DNA of 64,000 nt, from the NCBI GenBank assembly GCA_015680685.1, contig MNCI01001670.1:203637-267636 (forward strand). Reading direction: 5' to 3'. The notes beneath the pieces were generated by a model that saw only the letters and a list, made by a program, of their open reading frames with translations, was not told where the DNA came from and made no database searches. Of the stretch, positions 36,151 through 49,844 are shown one piece after another. The translations under genes were made by a program, and so were the position numbers. Numbering within the stretch: position 1 is the stretch's first letter; every line of letters begins with the position of its first letter. Source of the DNA: Gnetum montanum (Eukaryota; Plantae; Gnetophyta).

Positions 36151-38994
36151 GTAAGTTCTCTTACTCTTGTATCTTTTTCTTTTGCTCTTAAACATAAAAT
36201 AAAAAATATAAAAAAAATTTAAAACACAAAAACTAGTATATTTCTTCTCTCTTGCACATGTTTAGGGGAAGTTCTTCTTCACTCCTTTTTGCTATTATCC
36301 ATAAAGGGAAAGAATTTTTGAGATGTGATTTTTGGTGACTTGGGAAATATTGAGGATATATGACTTCATTATTTTTAGAGACTACTCACCCATTTTCTTA
36401 AGTTTTGGAGATCACCAAAGAGGAGGAGATTGTTGACCTTTTGGTATGTCAAAACCTTAAGAAAAGTGAAGAACATAGATTGTTGTGGCATATAATGTTT
36501 TGCATAGATAAAGAAGAGCTATAAGAATGACATCTATAAGAAATCTCAAAGTAGAGACTACAAGGTTTCAAGGAAGCATGGATGAGTAAAGAAGACTACA
36601 AGATGATGCTTCATGATCAAGGGGAAGCTTTGGGAATCAAAGGTCAAAAGATGAGAAGACATCTTATAGAAGTAGAAGATGTCTTGGTTGAAGTGTAGAA
36701 GACCTAGAGAAGACATCTCCTAAAAATAGGATCTGTCTCCTTTTACAAGAAGACATCTCCTTAAAATAGGATATGTCTCCTTTCAGGAGAAGACATCTCC
36801 TTAGAGATGTCTCCATTGAAGAAGAGATGTCTTCCCAAAATTGAAGTCAATTGTATAGAGACATCTCCATCTCAAAGAAGACATATTCACTAGTTAGATA
36901 GTTGTTACATGAATTTTGAGGTGATTTTAGAAACTTTAAGACTATAAGAAGACTTCATTCTCTTGAGCAATATGTAAGTTTTCGACTAATCAAATACCAA
37001 CATCAAGCAATCATTGTGTACTTTATTTGTCTACCTCATTGTACCATCATTTGTACTATTGTAGTGATTATATTGTATTATGTCTTAAAGTACAAGGACA
37101 TACAAATCAATTGCATTCTTTCCTTGTAATTTTTATTTCTCTTTCTTATTGACATACTAGGGTTGATGTGCTTCTTGTGAGAATGCATAATCTTTGAGCT
37201 TGTTAGGACATATCTAGGTTGAGTGGTTGGTGCAAGATCACAACACTCTAGAGCAAAGCTCAAATTTGTAAAGGTTATGGGATCCTTGAAACCACATTCT
37301 AAGCTTGTCGAGACCTAGCTGGGTTGAGTGGATTTGCAACCGAAAATCATTCTGGAGTAGAGCTTAGAGCCTGTATAGGGTGTGGCATCCTTAAAATCAC
37401 ATTTTGAGAGAAACAAAGTTCAAAGGTGTGGAAGTGATCTACCATCCAATTGTGGAGTACCCAAGTTGGGAATCAATGTAATTTTGGGTGTGGTTTTTGT
37501 GATCATTGATTTTTTTTGGTGAAATTCATCCCCCACTTCTAAGTTCAAGGATCCTTGGTACTTTATTTCCTTTTTCAAGCTCCTTCCTTGTCTCTATAGT
37601 AGTATTTCATCTTACGTAAGCTTCTATTAGTTGGTATGGCCTAGTCATGTGCTTTTGATGTGATACCATTCTTGTACATGGCTAAGGTTTGACCTTATGA
37701 GGATTACTTGTAGCGTGGATGGTGCAAAGTGTTTTGGAGGCAAGACAATGTTGCCCTATAAATCTCTCCATCTTAGTTATTCACCCTCATGAAAGATAAA
37801 TATTAAGTCAGGATAATATGAATTAGTGTGAACATAGGAGATTCTAATTTGCATGGACACACTTTAGTCTTCTTCATTATATTCCCTATCATAACTCTTA
37901 TAAACTTCATTAGTAGATGGTGATTTATCCTTGCTTTTAGAATCCATATTAGATCTTTAATGCCTTAAGTATTTACTTTGGAAAATTTGTTTTAAGTGTG
38001 AAGGATTTTCTTGATGACTCTTAACACAACAAAATTTATAAAATCAACTACTTGGTAAACATTGACACATCCACAACAATGATACTTTGATGAGTGATTG
38101 GGTATTCCAACACTCCACCATACAAGTCACAAGTGTACATGTGCCACCTGATCATAATCTATGGATGAGTAATGTAGATTCACAAGTAGTTGAAGTTTAT
38201 TTCACAATCACAATCTTCTCACTTTAAGTTAGTGAAGTTTAACCTGTATGGTTTAACTCTTGGTGAGGCATATAACAGATTGATGTTGTTGGCTTAAACT
38301 AAGGCTAAGTGTAAACATGGTTGAAATAGAGTAATACAATCTAAGTTTAAGTGTAATGAAAGTAAAAAACTATTCTAGCCTATAGGCAATAATTATTCGT
38401 TCTTGGTTTACCATTCACATGTTGGCCTTATGCAACCATCAATGGGATTACTAAGTGTTATGCTACTAGATGAACCAAGCAATAACACTACTAGGATTAC
38501 CAAATGATTACATTGCATGTTCAAAAATAGTCATACTTATACTATTGTACTACGAAAAAATGGAAGAATAAAGTACTTAGGAATTGTAAACAACTTAAGA
38601 AAAGTAAACATGTTGAAAAGTGGTAATTATACTAAGTAAAAATGAACTAATTAAAAGTAAAGTAAACTAAATAGAATGCTGCAATAGTGGAAAATAATCT
38701 TGATCTTTATTTCTGACCATGAACTAGGCCCAATAACAATTAACTTGAAAAAAATACTTTGTGCAACTATTTAACACCACACTATGAACATTCACTAAAT
38801 TACTAAGTGTAAAATCATAGAAACAAACTATAAGAATTTTCCTAAGTTTTGAGTCAAAGTTGTTCATTCAATGCAATAATAGGTTGGTATTTATAATGAA
38901 TATGAGGGCCCACTAGATCACATCTATGATGATGTAAGAAGGGCTATGATATCGTAGATAAAATATCACATCAAAGACTTAAATGATTTTATTA

Positions 38995-41850
38995 CCCATG
39001 AATGGAAAGTCTACTTGCATCTACCTCCACTTGAAAAATATTTTAAAAATATGGAATTGCAAGCATTAGTTCATTGGTAATCTTTGCTTTCAATAAGTCA
39101 AAGCTTCCTTGGGTTTTATTATCCTACCTAAAATCTTTATTTTTCTTCAACAAAGCAAACATAGGCTATGAAATATCACTAAATTTTTTGGTGAACTATT
39201 TATAAAAACCTACTAAACCAAGAAATGATCTTACCTCCCCAACATTCTTAGGATTTGGCCAATCCCTAATAGCCTTCACCTTGGTAGCCTCCATTTAAAT
39301 TTGATTTTTAACCACATGCCTCAAATATGTGATTTCTCTTTGTAAGAAATGATTTTTCTTCACATTGATTACCAATTGTGCCTCCTACAACTTAATACAT
39401 ACCATCCTCAAGGGATCCAAGTGTTCTTCCTCATTAGAGCTATACATGAAAATATCATCTAAAAATATAATACAATAATTACAAATCAAGTTCTTAATTA
39501 CATCATACATCAGCATCATAAATGTAGCAAGTGTATTCATGAGTCCAAATGGCATCACCATCGACTCAAACAATGCATCTGATATCTTGAAAGTTGTGTT
39601 CCACTCATCACTAGATCTAATTATGATTTGATGGTATGCACTCTTCAAATCAATTTTTCTAATAAGCTCTACATTTGTAAGGATATCATATGTCCTTGGA
39701 ATAGAAAAATTGTACATCATTGTTATCCTATTCACTTCCCTAGAATCAATTCACATCATTCATTCATCACTATTCTTCTTTGGCACTAGTACCAATAGAA
39801 CTTCATAAGGTGAAATGGATTCCCTCATGAAGCCATTTTCAAGTAACCCTTCTACTTGCCTTTGCAATTAATCCCTCTGATTTAGTGCCATTTGGTAAGC
39901 TCTCTGATTTGGAATGGTAGCGCTAGGGATGAAGTCAATCTAATGTTGTACATTCTTCATCAATGATAGTCCATCTAATACCTCCTTAAATGCCTTGGAG
40001 AATTTCTCCTTCAATCCTAGCACATCTATATCAATTTCAACTTACACATGATCATGGTTAGTAGCCATTTTTGTCATGATAACAAAACTAAAATTTATTT
40101 CATCATGCTTCTTAACATATTCCCTTTCTCCTACAAGGATTAAAAAAGCATTTAGTGAGCTTTGTTGTCTTAATTGTTTAGCTATCATAGGAATCAAATC
40201 ATGGATTCCATTAGGTCTAGCTACACTCCATAAATTTCTTGCTTCATCAAAGTAAGCAGCATTGTCAGAATTCCAAGGTCTACCAAAAATTACATCAACA
40301 AAATCTATTGGAAGCACATCACATTTCACCACATCATGAAAACTTTCAATTTTAAATTTCAAAATACATTGTTTCCTCTCCTCTTGGGAAAAATCTCTAG
40401 ACAACCAATGCATCTTATAAGGTCTCAAATGAGGATTAGTTACTAAGCTTAATCTAAAAGCTATCCTAGAAAAAATAATGTTTTCTTTTGCTTCCGACTA
40501 ATCAAAACATGATATCATTCCCCACTAAGTAAACAACTAGCCCCAATCTAATATAATAATTTCCTATTAGGATGATCTCCTTTATTTACATTCCCCATGA
40601 ATGCATAAGAATTTAATTCTAAAACATCCTCAATTTCCTTAGTATTAGGATTACATCTCTGAAGACATTGACTTAATGTTTTTTCCACCTCCATGGTTTT
40701 CACATCCTTGTCTTTGGTTTCCTTATGAAGTGAAAATTTCCATTACTTATGTTCCCATTCTCCATACTTGAAACACTAGATTTTTGATGAGTTGTTGCCT
40801 AACATTTGTCCCTCTTACCTTAGTCCTTCTTGGCCTTGCCCTTCTCATCACCTCTTTCAATATTCTTGTCTTAGCAACCCTCCTTATCTTTATATATAGA
40901 ATTGAATCCATTCCTAGATCTAGATCTCTTCTTCTTTTCCTTGGAAGTTTATTTGCTCTTCTTTCTAAATCCACCTAATTTCTTCTCAGCCTTGAGTGGA
41001 AAATCATAAGTCTCATCAAGAGTTTATGGCTCATAAAAGTACAACTTCTACTAGTATGTCATTTTAAAACCTCCTAAAAATATTGAAGCCTATTCATACT
41101 CTTTCTAGTTTACCTTAGCTTCATGGAATAGATCAAACATTTTGAAGTAGAATTCTTTGACATCCTTGTCACATTACCTTGGGAAAATCAACTTCATTGT
41201 GATTTCTTGTCTCTGGTAAGATTGTTTAGATTTTTTCTTCACTCTTTATTTTATCAAAATCCAATACTTGATAGGTTAATCATTTCATCTTTCATAATCT
41301 TGGAACTTCTTTTTCCACCAACTAGAAGCCATACCTTCTAATTTGGATTCAACAGTAGGTACCCTTAAGTTATTCAGTATCTCTTCCAATTAGAAAATCT
41401 TCTCAGGTGTCTTCAACTAACTTGCAAAAGCATTGGTATCATCTACATCATTAAAAGTCTTCAAGCATACATACGGAAGTTTGGCAACATTTCTAAATGC
41501 TCGAGCAAGCCTTAACTCCTCTTCCTCGTCAAGCTTCCCTGAAGAAGAAGCATTGAACACTGTTGGAGTCCTTTGAGTTTTCTTCTAAGGAATAGGATTA
41601 CCTCATATTAGAATCTTTTAGTTGATTATTTTCTACACTCCCATACCTGGATTATTCTTCCTCTTTATCTACTTCATCTCCACATTGCTGCCAAGCTTCT
41701 TCATTTGAATGTACATGCTCATCTTCTCTACATGTGAAAATATGGTTGGGACTAGCGTTTCTATCTACCTTTGCACTAATTTCACCTAATCAAACAACCA
41801 TCATCTAGAAGGTAGAATTCATTCTTTCCATCTCCCTATTCAAGTGTTGC
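38995..41850 (-). pseudogene. gag-pol: Element B gag-protease-RT-RNase H (5' part)
   Basis: PYKMHWL..VKCDVLPI..FGRPW (CRM-type protease region); KIDLKSAYHQI..VMPFGLMN..FLDDI; EVDASRLSIHG joins IISQEG across element C. Confidence 0.9.
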
Positions 41851-42975
41851 ACCGATTTCTTCTTGGATGTCATCTAAAATTAACAAAATCCTTAACCAAA
41901 ATCCAAGTAACAATCAACATAATTCTACGCTTTGATACAAATAACGCTAGATCAAGTTCACTCTACTTATTAATCACCTTCAAATACTAAATCTAAATAT
42001 TATGCAAAGATAAAAATTTTTACTAGAAAACAAGAAAACTAGCTATCTTCCATTATTTTATTAGAAGATTACAACTAGTTCTAAAAAGTTCACAAATAAT
42101 CAAAACTTACCATACTCAAATGATATTGCAAAGCATGAGGCTCTATAACCACATAATGGTTGTTCTCAATGTAAGACACAACCAATAGAGAATCTCTTCC
42201 ATAACATGGAATTGATATCTCAAGTTACAAGGCATAAGAGACTTAAACACAAAGACCAACACACCACAAGTTGATCTTGGAGCTGAAAGTACCAATTGCA
42301 CTCACTTAATGTGCTCACCCACTCTCTCTTGCTTAGTGCTTCACACATACAAGGGTTTTGTCTTACTTGTCTTTACTAAAAATGATGAAATATGACAATA
42401 TTTATTATAAATTGTAAGATAAGAAATATAGAAACCTTTTCTCAACTCAACTTCAGGTTCTTCAAATGTTTCTTAAGTATTCTTACCTTATCCTAAGCTT
42501 TTTTAGGCTTTTCATCCCATTTTAACTATTTCCTAAATTGGGATAGGTGTTTTTTAAAGTTTCCCCATCCGTATAGGTCATCTCTAACCTTGGGAAGATG
42601 TCTCTACATCAACCCAACTCCTTGGTAAGATGTCTACTATTTTTGTCAGACGTCTCTTCCAAGGTCCAAGACATTTCCACTTCTGGTAAGATGTTTTGCT
42701 CAAGACATCCATTTATAGGTGTGATGTCTTCTTTGAGACATCTTAGGTTCTAGTAAGACATCTCACTCAAGATGTCATCTTATTAGGAAAGTTTTCTTGC
42801 TCTAGATGTCAATCTAAATAGTAAGACATCTCCTCTAATCTCCAAACATCTCCTATCACTTCCAAACTACATCTATGACATCTTCTAGCCCTCCAAGGTG
42901 TCTCTTCAATCTCCAAAAGATGAAAAACACACACAAAGGGGAAAACAAGAGGATTGGAATAGGTTTCCTACACCA

Positions 42976-44590
42976 AACCAATATCTATTTAGAAAAACCA
43001 ATTAGATATAAGTGGGTGTTTAGAATTAAATCTAGTGACTAGTTTAAAGTACATCTTATTTTTAATGATTATTTCCAAAAGAAGGGATTTGGCTATGTTA
43101 AAATATTTTCCTAGTAAACTTAACATCCCCTATATCATTACTATTAATGTAATGTCTTATGATCTAAAATAAATTAATGCAAAAAATGTTTTCTTTCTCA
43201 ATGGTAATGTTGAGAAGATATTGAAATAAAAAAAATAGCATATGGTTTGTAAAATGTGCAGCAAAGATGTGGAATGAAACATTTATTAACCACATGTTGA
43301 GTCTTAACTTTAGTCTAAAGGATTTTTAAGAGTTGTGGCTTTAGCTTATGAAACTTGTATATGAAGAGTCTAAGCTTTATCCTTTCTTGCTTGTAAATCA
43401 AAAGATTTGGTATAAGCCTAGAGGGCTTGTATGTATGCTGAAATGTCTTGGCATAATCCTAGAGAACTTATTTTTATATGTTAAAATTTTTGGCACAAAG
43501 CTTGAAGGACTTATAAAGCTTATATAAATGTCAAAAGTCTTAGCTCAAAGCTTGGAGGAATTATATATGTATGTTTAGAGTACAAACTAAAAACATCATT
43601 CTACTACTATATGTAATATACATGTTAATAAAAAAAAGTAAAATTAGTGGTATACATAAAATTAAGAAGTTAAATCATTTTTTAATTTGAGATTAGAAAA
43701 ATTGTTGGAGCTACATAAAAACATTCAGGCATAAAAATTTAATAAAATAGGGTTTAATTTGGAAAAACTACATATGTTGGAAAATTTTGATATGAAAGAT
43801 TGCAAGGTCTGTTTACAAGCTAAGAACTGTACTCTATGAAACTAAAATAAAACTTTCAATTGAAAAATTTCCAAAGAAAGACAAAAGTCTTTGTTGAAAA
43901 TTTCATGAGTTTATTAGAAAAAATCTATATGTTAGTGCTGTCAACAGTTTTATGTATGTGATGGTCAATACTAGACCTAATATTACATACATTGTTGAAA
44001 AACCCAATAGTTATATGTCTAATCTAGGAAAACAACACTATATTTCTATGAAATGAGTTTGTTTTATCTTCATTGTACTTTGAAGTTTAGTATTTGTTAT
44101 CACAATGATTCATCCATTCTACATGGTTATATGACTACTGCCTAGGATGGGGATTTGGAAAACATAAAATATACTAGTGGATATGTATTTAATATTTTTG
44201 GTGATGCTATTTTATCAAAAAGCTAATTGCAATCTTGTATAGCTCAATCTACTACTAAAGAAAAATATGTTTCTACCAACCTAGCTAGTTAGGAAGCAAC
44301 ATGGCTTTAGAGATTAGTTTCTAAACTTAGGATTCATAAAAAGATTATGAAAATTGGCTATAATAATCAAAGTGCATTTACATATATAAGAATCTCACTT
44401 TCCACAATAGGATGAAGTATATAGAAGTAAAGTATTACTATATTTGAAAGTAGATAGATGAATAAAGGATTCTTTTAGAAAAAATTAAGATAGAAGAGGA
44501 TTTTGTTGATATGATGGAAAAATCATTATCTACTAAAAATGTTTTATGGTGTCAAATTTTTGTTAGTGTCATGGAAGGTGATACTATCTA
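42976..44590 (+). pseudogene. pol: Copia A reverse transcriptase / RNase H remnant
   Basis: Degenerate motifs KWVFRIK, IILLLYV, YVSAVNSFMYVMVNTRPNITY, TSGYVF, LQSCIAQSTT, NQSA..FHNRMKYIEVKYY. Confidence 0.85.
43398..43576. repeat. Degenerate ~41-49-bp minisatellite (4 units) within Copia A RT
   Basis: Units of the form tcaaaag.cttggca.aa.(c/g)ct.gaggacttat.t.tatg. Confidence 0.6.
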
Positions 44591-45763
44591 AGATCTAGAT
44601 CAAGCTTCAAAACTTTACCTTCAAAAGTGAGAAGTGTGAGTAAAGTGAAGGCAACTACCATTCATACAAGCTCAAATACTCTTATCTCATTAGTTGCAAA
44701 TACTATATTATTGTAATTATATTGTTACAATAGTTATGTTGTGATATAGTGTAGTGTTGAATATTTAATTGCGAGTATATACAATGTAGTTAACATAAAC
44801 TATTATTCATTCCTAGTTATTTTATTATTTTTAATGTCTAGTTTACATCTAATTAACACATGTGGATGTCCATCCCATACTATAAATATGATTATAAGAA
44901 GATCATAAAGATAGTGTGTTTTTCTTTTATCTGTATACTATCTACTTTTCCATGCTCTTTTGTCCATTATGCTTGTGTAATTCTCTTTGAGCTGATAAAG
45001 ATCCAAGAGCTTTTTTCTTTTTCTTTTTTTTTCCTAGGATTTTTGTAATTTTTTCCCAAGATATATTCTTGTGTTTTTTAAATTTATTTTTACTACTACC
45101 ATAAAGAATCTCAAGCCTCACATTGGATGGCTACATTCATATCCTAGTTACATTAAACTAGTGACTTCCTACGAGCTTCATTCTTTTGAAGTAACACAAT
45201 GTAGGGTTGAAGCTATACATACAAGTTTATAATATTATACCATTTATATGCTGATGGAATATGTATGAACATAGTATAATGTTTGTAAAAGTGCATAGAT
45301 TTTTAAATTCTAGCTTGGTACTATCCATTAGCATTAAGATGAATGAGTACATTTATAGCTCAATTAGGAAAATAAGGATGTTTAATTTCTTGTATTTTAT
45401 TTAATATTTTCCTTGATAAGTTAGAGAAGTAGAAAGATTCAGTTTCACTTCATCTAGATTTTAGGGAATTGGTAGTTTTAGTTATGCAGGTATCAAAAAA
45501 AGATGTCTTGTTTCTCCCACTTTTTTATAAGAGAGAGAGATTTGAGAGTGATCAAAGCATCATCTATTTGAAATTATGCTTCCATGGAAACAAGGGATGC
45601 TAATTCTAGGGTTTGAGCCCAACATCTATAGCTATAGATCTTAGTAGTACACAAACTATGGGCTTCTCTTTTTGCTAGTTACTTAGGATTTTTATTGATA
45701 TACTTGAAAAATGAATGCATAAAATTATAACTTAATTTGTGATTACAATTTAAATAGTCATGT

Positions 45764-45936
45764 AGGGACCATTATTTGAAATAATGGTAAGGTGCTCATT
45801 TTTTAAGTTGAAAGCTTAGGTTCAAGCCTAGGCATAACCACTTAAAGAGGTTAGGCTTTCGCTCATCTACTAATGGTCTTGGAACCCCACTTAGTGGGAT
45901 GAGCACTGTAGTTCTAGGTGATGATCCTTTAATATA
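45764..45936 (+). mobile_element. tRNA-derived SINE, Au-like
   Basis: Box A-like taatggtaagg, box B gggttcaagcct, body gaggttaggct..gaaccccacttagtggga..gc, A/T tail. TSD aaatagtcatgt (45752-45763) / aagtaatcatgt (45937-45948), 10/12 match. Confidence 0.7.
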
Positions 45937-46057
45937 AAGTAATCATGTGAGACTTTTTTTAAATACTTATGATATCCTAATTTCAAATTCAATAGAATTT
46001 TTAAAACAAATAATACTTTGGACTAGGTTATGTAGGGACATGTTTTGAGAAAAATTG

Positions 46058-47223
46058 TGATGTTTGGATGTCCTAGATAACATGTATTTCAAAATGCTTC
46101 GAATGTTTCTAGGATGTGTTGTCATCTAGATGTGTTCAAATATAGTCAAAATCCTACTTATAACTATTTTATTTATTTCAAAATTTTTACAAAATGCTTT
46201 TTCATCCAAATTAAAATGAAAATCTTGTAAATATCTTACACATAACAATTTGTAACAAATTTTCAGTACTTTGAAACTATTCTTCCTCACTTCCTAGCTA
46301 CATCTTTACAACATTACCTAAAAACCATCACATTTGAGAATGCATGCTTGAGGAAAAGCCTACCTCAATAGACCTAAAAAGAACCCATTCCACAATTTTC
46401 CTAAGCAAATTAAGCTAGGAGAAAATTCTCCCTCTTATTAAGACAACTCTCAAAATGTAGAGAAATACATTAAGATTAAGGAGATAAACTTGACTTACAC
46501 CTCTTCCAAGGATCTTAAAGATCACACATGTTCCCTCTCAATCCTCAATAGCTCATACTTGGAGCATAAGCTTAAGACAAGATACTTATAATAGATTCTA
46601 TCAGCCTCCCTCTAGTGATCTTCCTTTCCTCTCACTAAAATGGACACAATATGCTAGTGAAAGCTCCATCTTACTTGTACTCAAACTCTCTTACACAAGC
46701 TCTTAAGAGACCTCTCAAATCTCTCACTTAATTATCTTACCAAAAATCAAGCCTTGGATACTTATTTATAGCTTCTCATGTGACCTTTCATTTTTTTTAC
46801 ATTCAAATTACAAATTAATATATATTATTCACTAGACCGAATGTATTTTGGTTAGAGGAGGTCTTGCCCTAGTTTAGATATTTTTTAGAAGAAATCTTAC
46901 ATCCAATGCAAACACCTTGCTTCTAGAGTAGATGTCTATTTTATAAGGAGACATCTATTTTATAGAGGAGACATCTACCTTGGATAGGGCAAAAAATAAA
47001 GATGCTTACTTTAACATCTAGAACATCTAAAACACCTCCAAAAAGCCTCCATTAATCCCATAAGCCCATAAACTCATCAAAATAGGCTCCAAACACCTCC
47101 AAACATGCAAAAACATATTTGAATCATCACCAACAAGGCCAAAACAAGAAGATACATGCAAATAAGACACACAGACCAAAAATAAATTAAGGATTAGACA
47201 AGGGCTAGGTGATTTCCTCATCA
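46058..47223 (-). mobile_element. Probable solo LTR related to element B LTRs
   Basis: Minus strand starts TGATGAGGAAATCACC (B: TGGTGTAGGAAACC); AGACATCT/AGATGTCT array at 46850-47030; TATA (ctataaata) at ~46763-46772. Left end and TSD not resolved. Confidence 0.55.
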
Positions 47224-49844
47224 ATTCCTACATCCCTACATCCCCACATGCTAGCACTTGCGAAATGCTAACTCTAGGTGAATTTTTTCATGTATAAAAT
47301 TTAATGTTCAAAAAACTAAAATCATTATTGATGGTACATATAAGAACAGATACAATTTTTCTATAGGAAATGAATATGTGAACATAACTTCCTCTTACTT
47401 TGTAACATATCTATTACTTCAAGTAGATTATTTTTGGTTATTTTGGCAGAAAATAATAAAGGTACAAATGTAGTATGGCCAAAACATTATGTAACCAAAA
47501 AAAACTAATTTGTCCATAACTAATTATGGATTATAACTCCATAATTTAGCTTTTATTCAAGCATGGAATTATGCCCACCATATAAGTGGATGCATGAGCA
47601 GTTTTAAATAAGATTGCATGAGGTAAATTCAAGTTGTAGTCTCTTCCCCTTATGTAAGCTAATTCAAGCTTATTATAAGTATTGAACTAAGAAGGCTTGG
47701 ATGTTAGGAGCTAAGAAAATTAATGGAATTTTTCCAAGATAATTACATTATTTTCTTGAATTTTTCTTCTTCTTTTTTTATAATTTCTACCACCACCATT
47801 TGTTGTTTTATATTTCTCTTGCTTTAATGTTGCTTTAAAAGTAACATGAAATGCATTACTCAAAGAGTTTCTTGGGATACCTAAAACCAAATCTACCATG
47901 CCATTATTCAATTAATTATTATTTATAGGTGTGTTATAAGGGATTTTTCTTTAGAAAATAAATATTATAGACAAATAGAAAAATCTAGAAGTGTTTTTTA
48001 AGCTTCAATTATCCTAAAATAACTTTATCATGACATTGTAAAACTCACTATTTTTATGGCTATGTTGTATGAGGTCTTTCTCTAGAAAATAATTATTAAA
48101 AATACATAGTAGAAATTTAGAAGCTTTTCTTGCTCACAAAATTCAAAGTGAAGAGATAAACATAATATGATGTTATGTCTCCTTAAGCAAATATGATGCT
48201 ATTAAAAGCTAAAACTATTTATTAGTTTATAGGTTATACTCACAATATTTCTAAATTGTCATTAGATAAATACTACAAAAAATTACTAATGGAAATCTAA
48301 GATAAAGGATGGTTTCATGAAGGGGTTTTATGGCTTAATAGATAGAATATTAAAAAGTACATTCTTTATTATATTCCTAAAGAAGTTTAAAAATTGATGA
48401 CATAATACTTTAAGAATTTTGGAAAAATGTAGAAGTAAAAAATAATTCTATTTGATTAGTATTAAAGAATTATTAATTCAAATGCAAACTATTTATCTCC
48501 TTCTATTCTTCATCACTTGTAATGCATAATTAGTAAAACTCAAATGCGATCTTAGCATCTAAAAGTTGAAAAAGGTAGATAGATCAAAATTCTATATGAA
48601 GAATGAATATGCTAAACTATACCATACAAATAGTATTGAATATCAATATCAAATTTCCTACAATGTCCTATATTTAAGCAAATTAAACATAGATAATGGG
48701 TATATGTATTTAAATTGTTTTGTATGTTACTAAGAATGGTTGTTAATTTTTTTAATAATGTTCTTAAAACTCCTAACATATATGTTTCTACTAACTAATA
48801 GATCTAGAGATCTATGAATATATTAAAATTTTAATTTTATTTTCATATTATACACATGATTTTTTACTGATTTTTAATAAATTTATGCTATTTTCATCTC
48901 TTAAAAGGATTCTAATAATATGAATACTCTAATATTTATAATAAGTATGCTTAACAATAAATTTGGCCATATGACATGGAAATTAAATGTACTCATTCAG
49001 TTGTGAAGCTTGGAGACCATTCGCTCAACAACATAATGGAGATTATTGGAATATGTTTAAAAATTCTATATGATAACATGTTAACAAATTTTTCTTGGAA
49101 AAATTACACTTCTTCATTAGTGTATTATAATTTATCAAAAGATACTTGGTAGATGTGAAGTACACATTTCCATATAAGTTTATAATGCCACTTGGAAGAA
49201 AGAATGATCATATAAAGAAAAAAGTAGCTTTAAAAATGAAATAATATAGATTAAAATTTTAATTTAAATATTAAATCCAATGAACTTAGAAAAATGATGC
49301 TAGAGAATACCCTAAAGAACTTGTGAGCATAAAGTATATGAAAAATAATGTTACCTTAGTATAAAATCCTACTTATATGTTTACTACAATTGCAATATAA
49401 ATTAAAATTATAATCACTCATACTCTTGTAGATCATAATGTCTCTATATTATGACAATATGATGAACTAATCTTCCAAGTATAGGAGGCTGAAGAGCATG
49501 TCTTTCTCACTTTTTTTTATCTTAATTCATTTAGATTAATTTATCTAGTCATTTGAGCTAGACTTATTAATTTTGGATTACCTCCATGAGATTTTCAAGA
49601 ATCATTAAGAGAAAACAAAACTATATGTACCCCTAGTATATATAGCTAACACAAAACTTTTATAAAACTAAAGAAGAATACAATAGTATACCAAAATAGC
49701 ATAGTTATTATTAGAGAGTAATTTATACTTTACAAAATAACTTGAGTAATGTCTTGAGTATAGTGTCAATTTGTAAGTCATTTACCTCCATCATAAGGTG
49801 ATTACATATAAATCCTTACAACTTCATAAATAATTTAGGAGTCA

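Larger units (their letters stand above)
21159..37557 (+). mobile_element. Copia element D, SIRE/Maximus-type, no env, split by element E
   Basis: LTRs 21159-22220 and 36431-37557; Met PBS 22223-22234; several purine tracts before the 3' LTR ending aaagaggaggagat-TGTTG; TSD gtagt/gtact. Confidence 0.92.
10068..38994 (-). mobile_element. Athila element C (carries an extra 3' ORF), split by element D
   Basis: LTRs 10068-10957 and 38088-38994; PPT agtcatgggagta 10958-10970; degenerate Asp-type PBS ~38069-38087; TSD cccac/cccat. Confidence 0.9.
7231..42975 (-). mobile_element. Ty3/Gypsy element B, CRM-type chromovirus, full length but split by element C
   Basis: LTRs 7231-8262 and 41942-42975; PPT 8263-8276; Met-type PBS (ttgtatcaaagc) ~41929-41940; TSD aacta/aacca. 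The left terminus is ambiguous by ~6 nt. Confidence 0.9.
6030..45095 (+). mobile_element. Copia element A (Tork/Tnt1-like RT-RH), outermost nest layer; gag-integrase largely lost
   Basis: LTR homology 6045-6274 vs 44855-45095; PBS tggtatcaaagc 6277-6288; PPT aaaagtgagaag before TG at 44635. RT start WK*AMDDEISSIDKNQT*ELVKL (7160-7230) resumes at ~42980 as PIRYKWVFRIK. Outer limits are approximate. Confidence 0.8.

Noticed and set aside
47225-49844. Possible decayed DNA transposon or gene (ORF 47720-47911)
   Set aside because: Very AT-rich, with no terminal inverted repeats or recognisable motifs; left unassigned.
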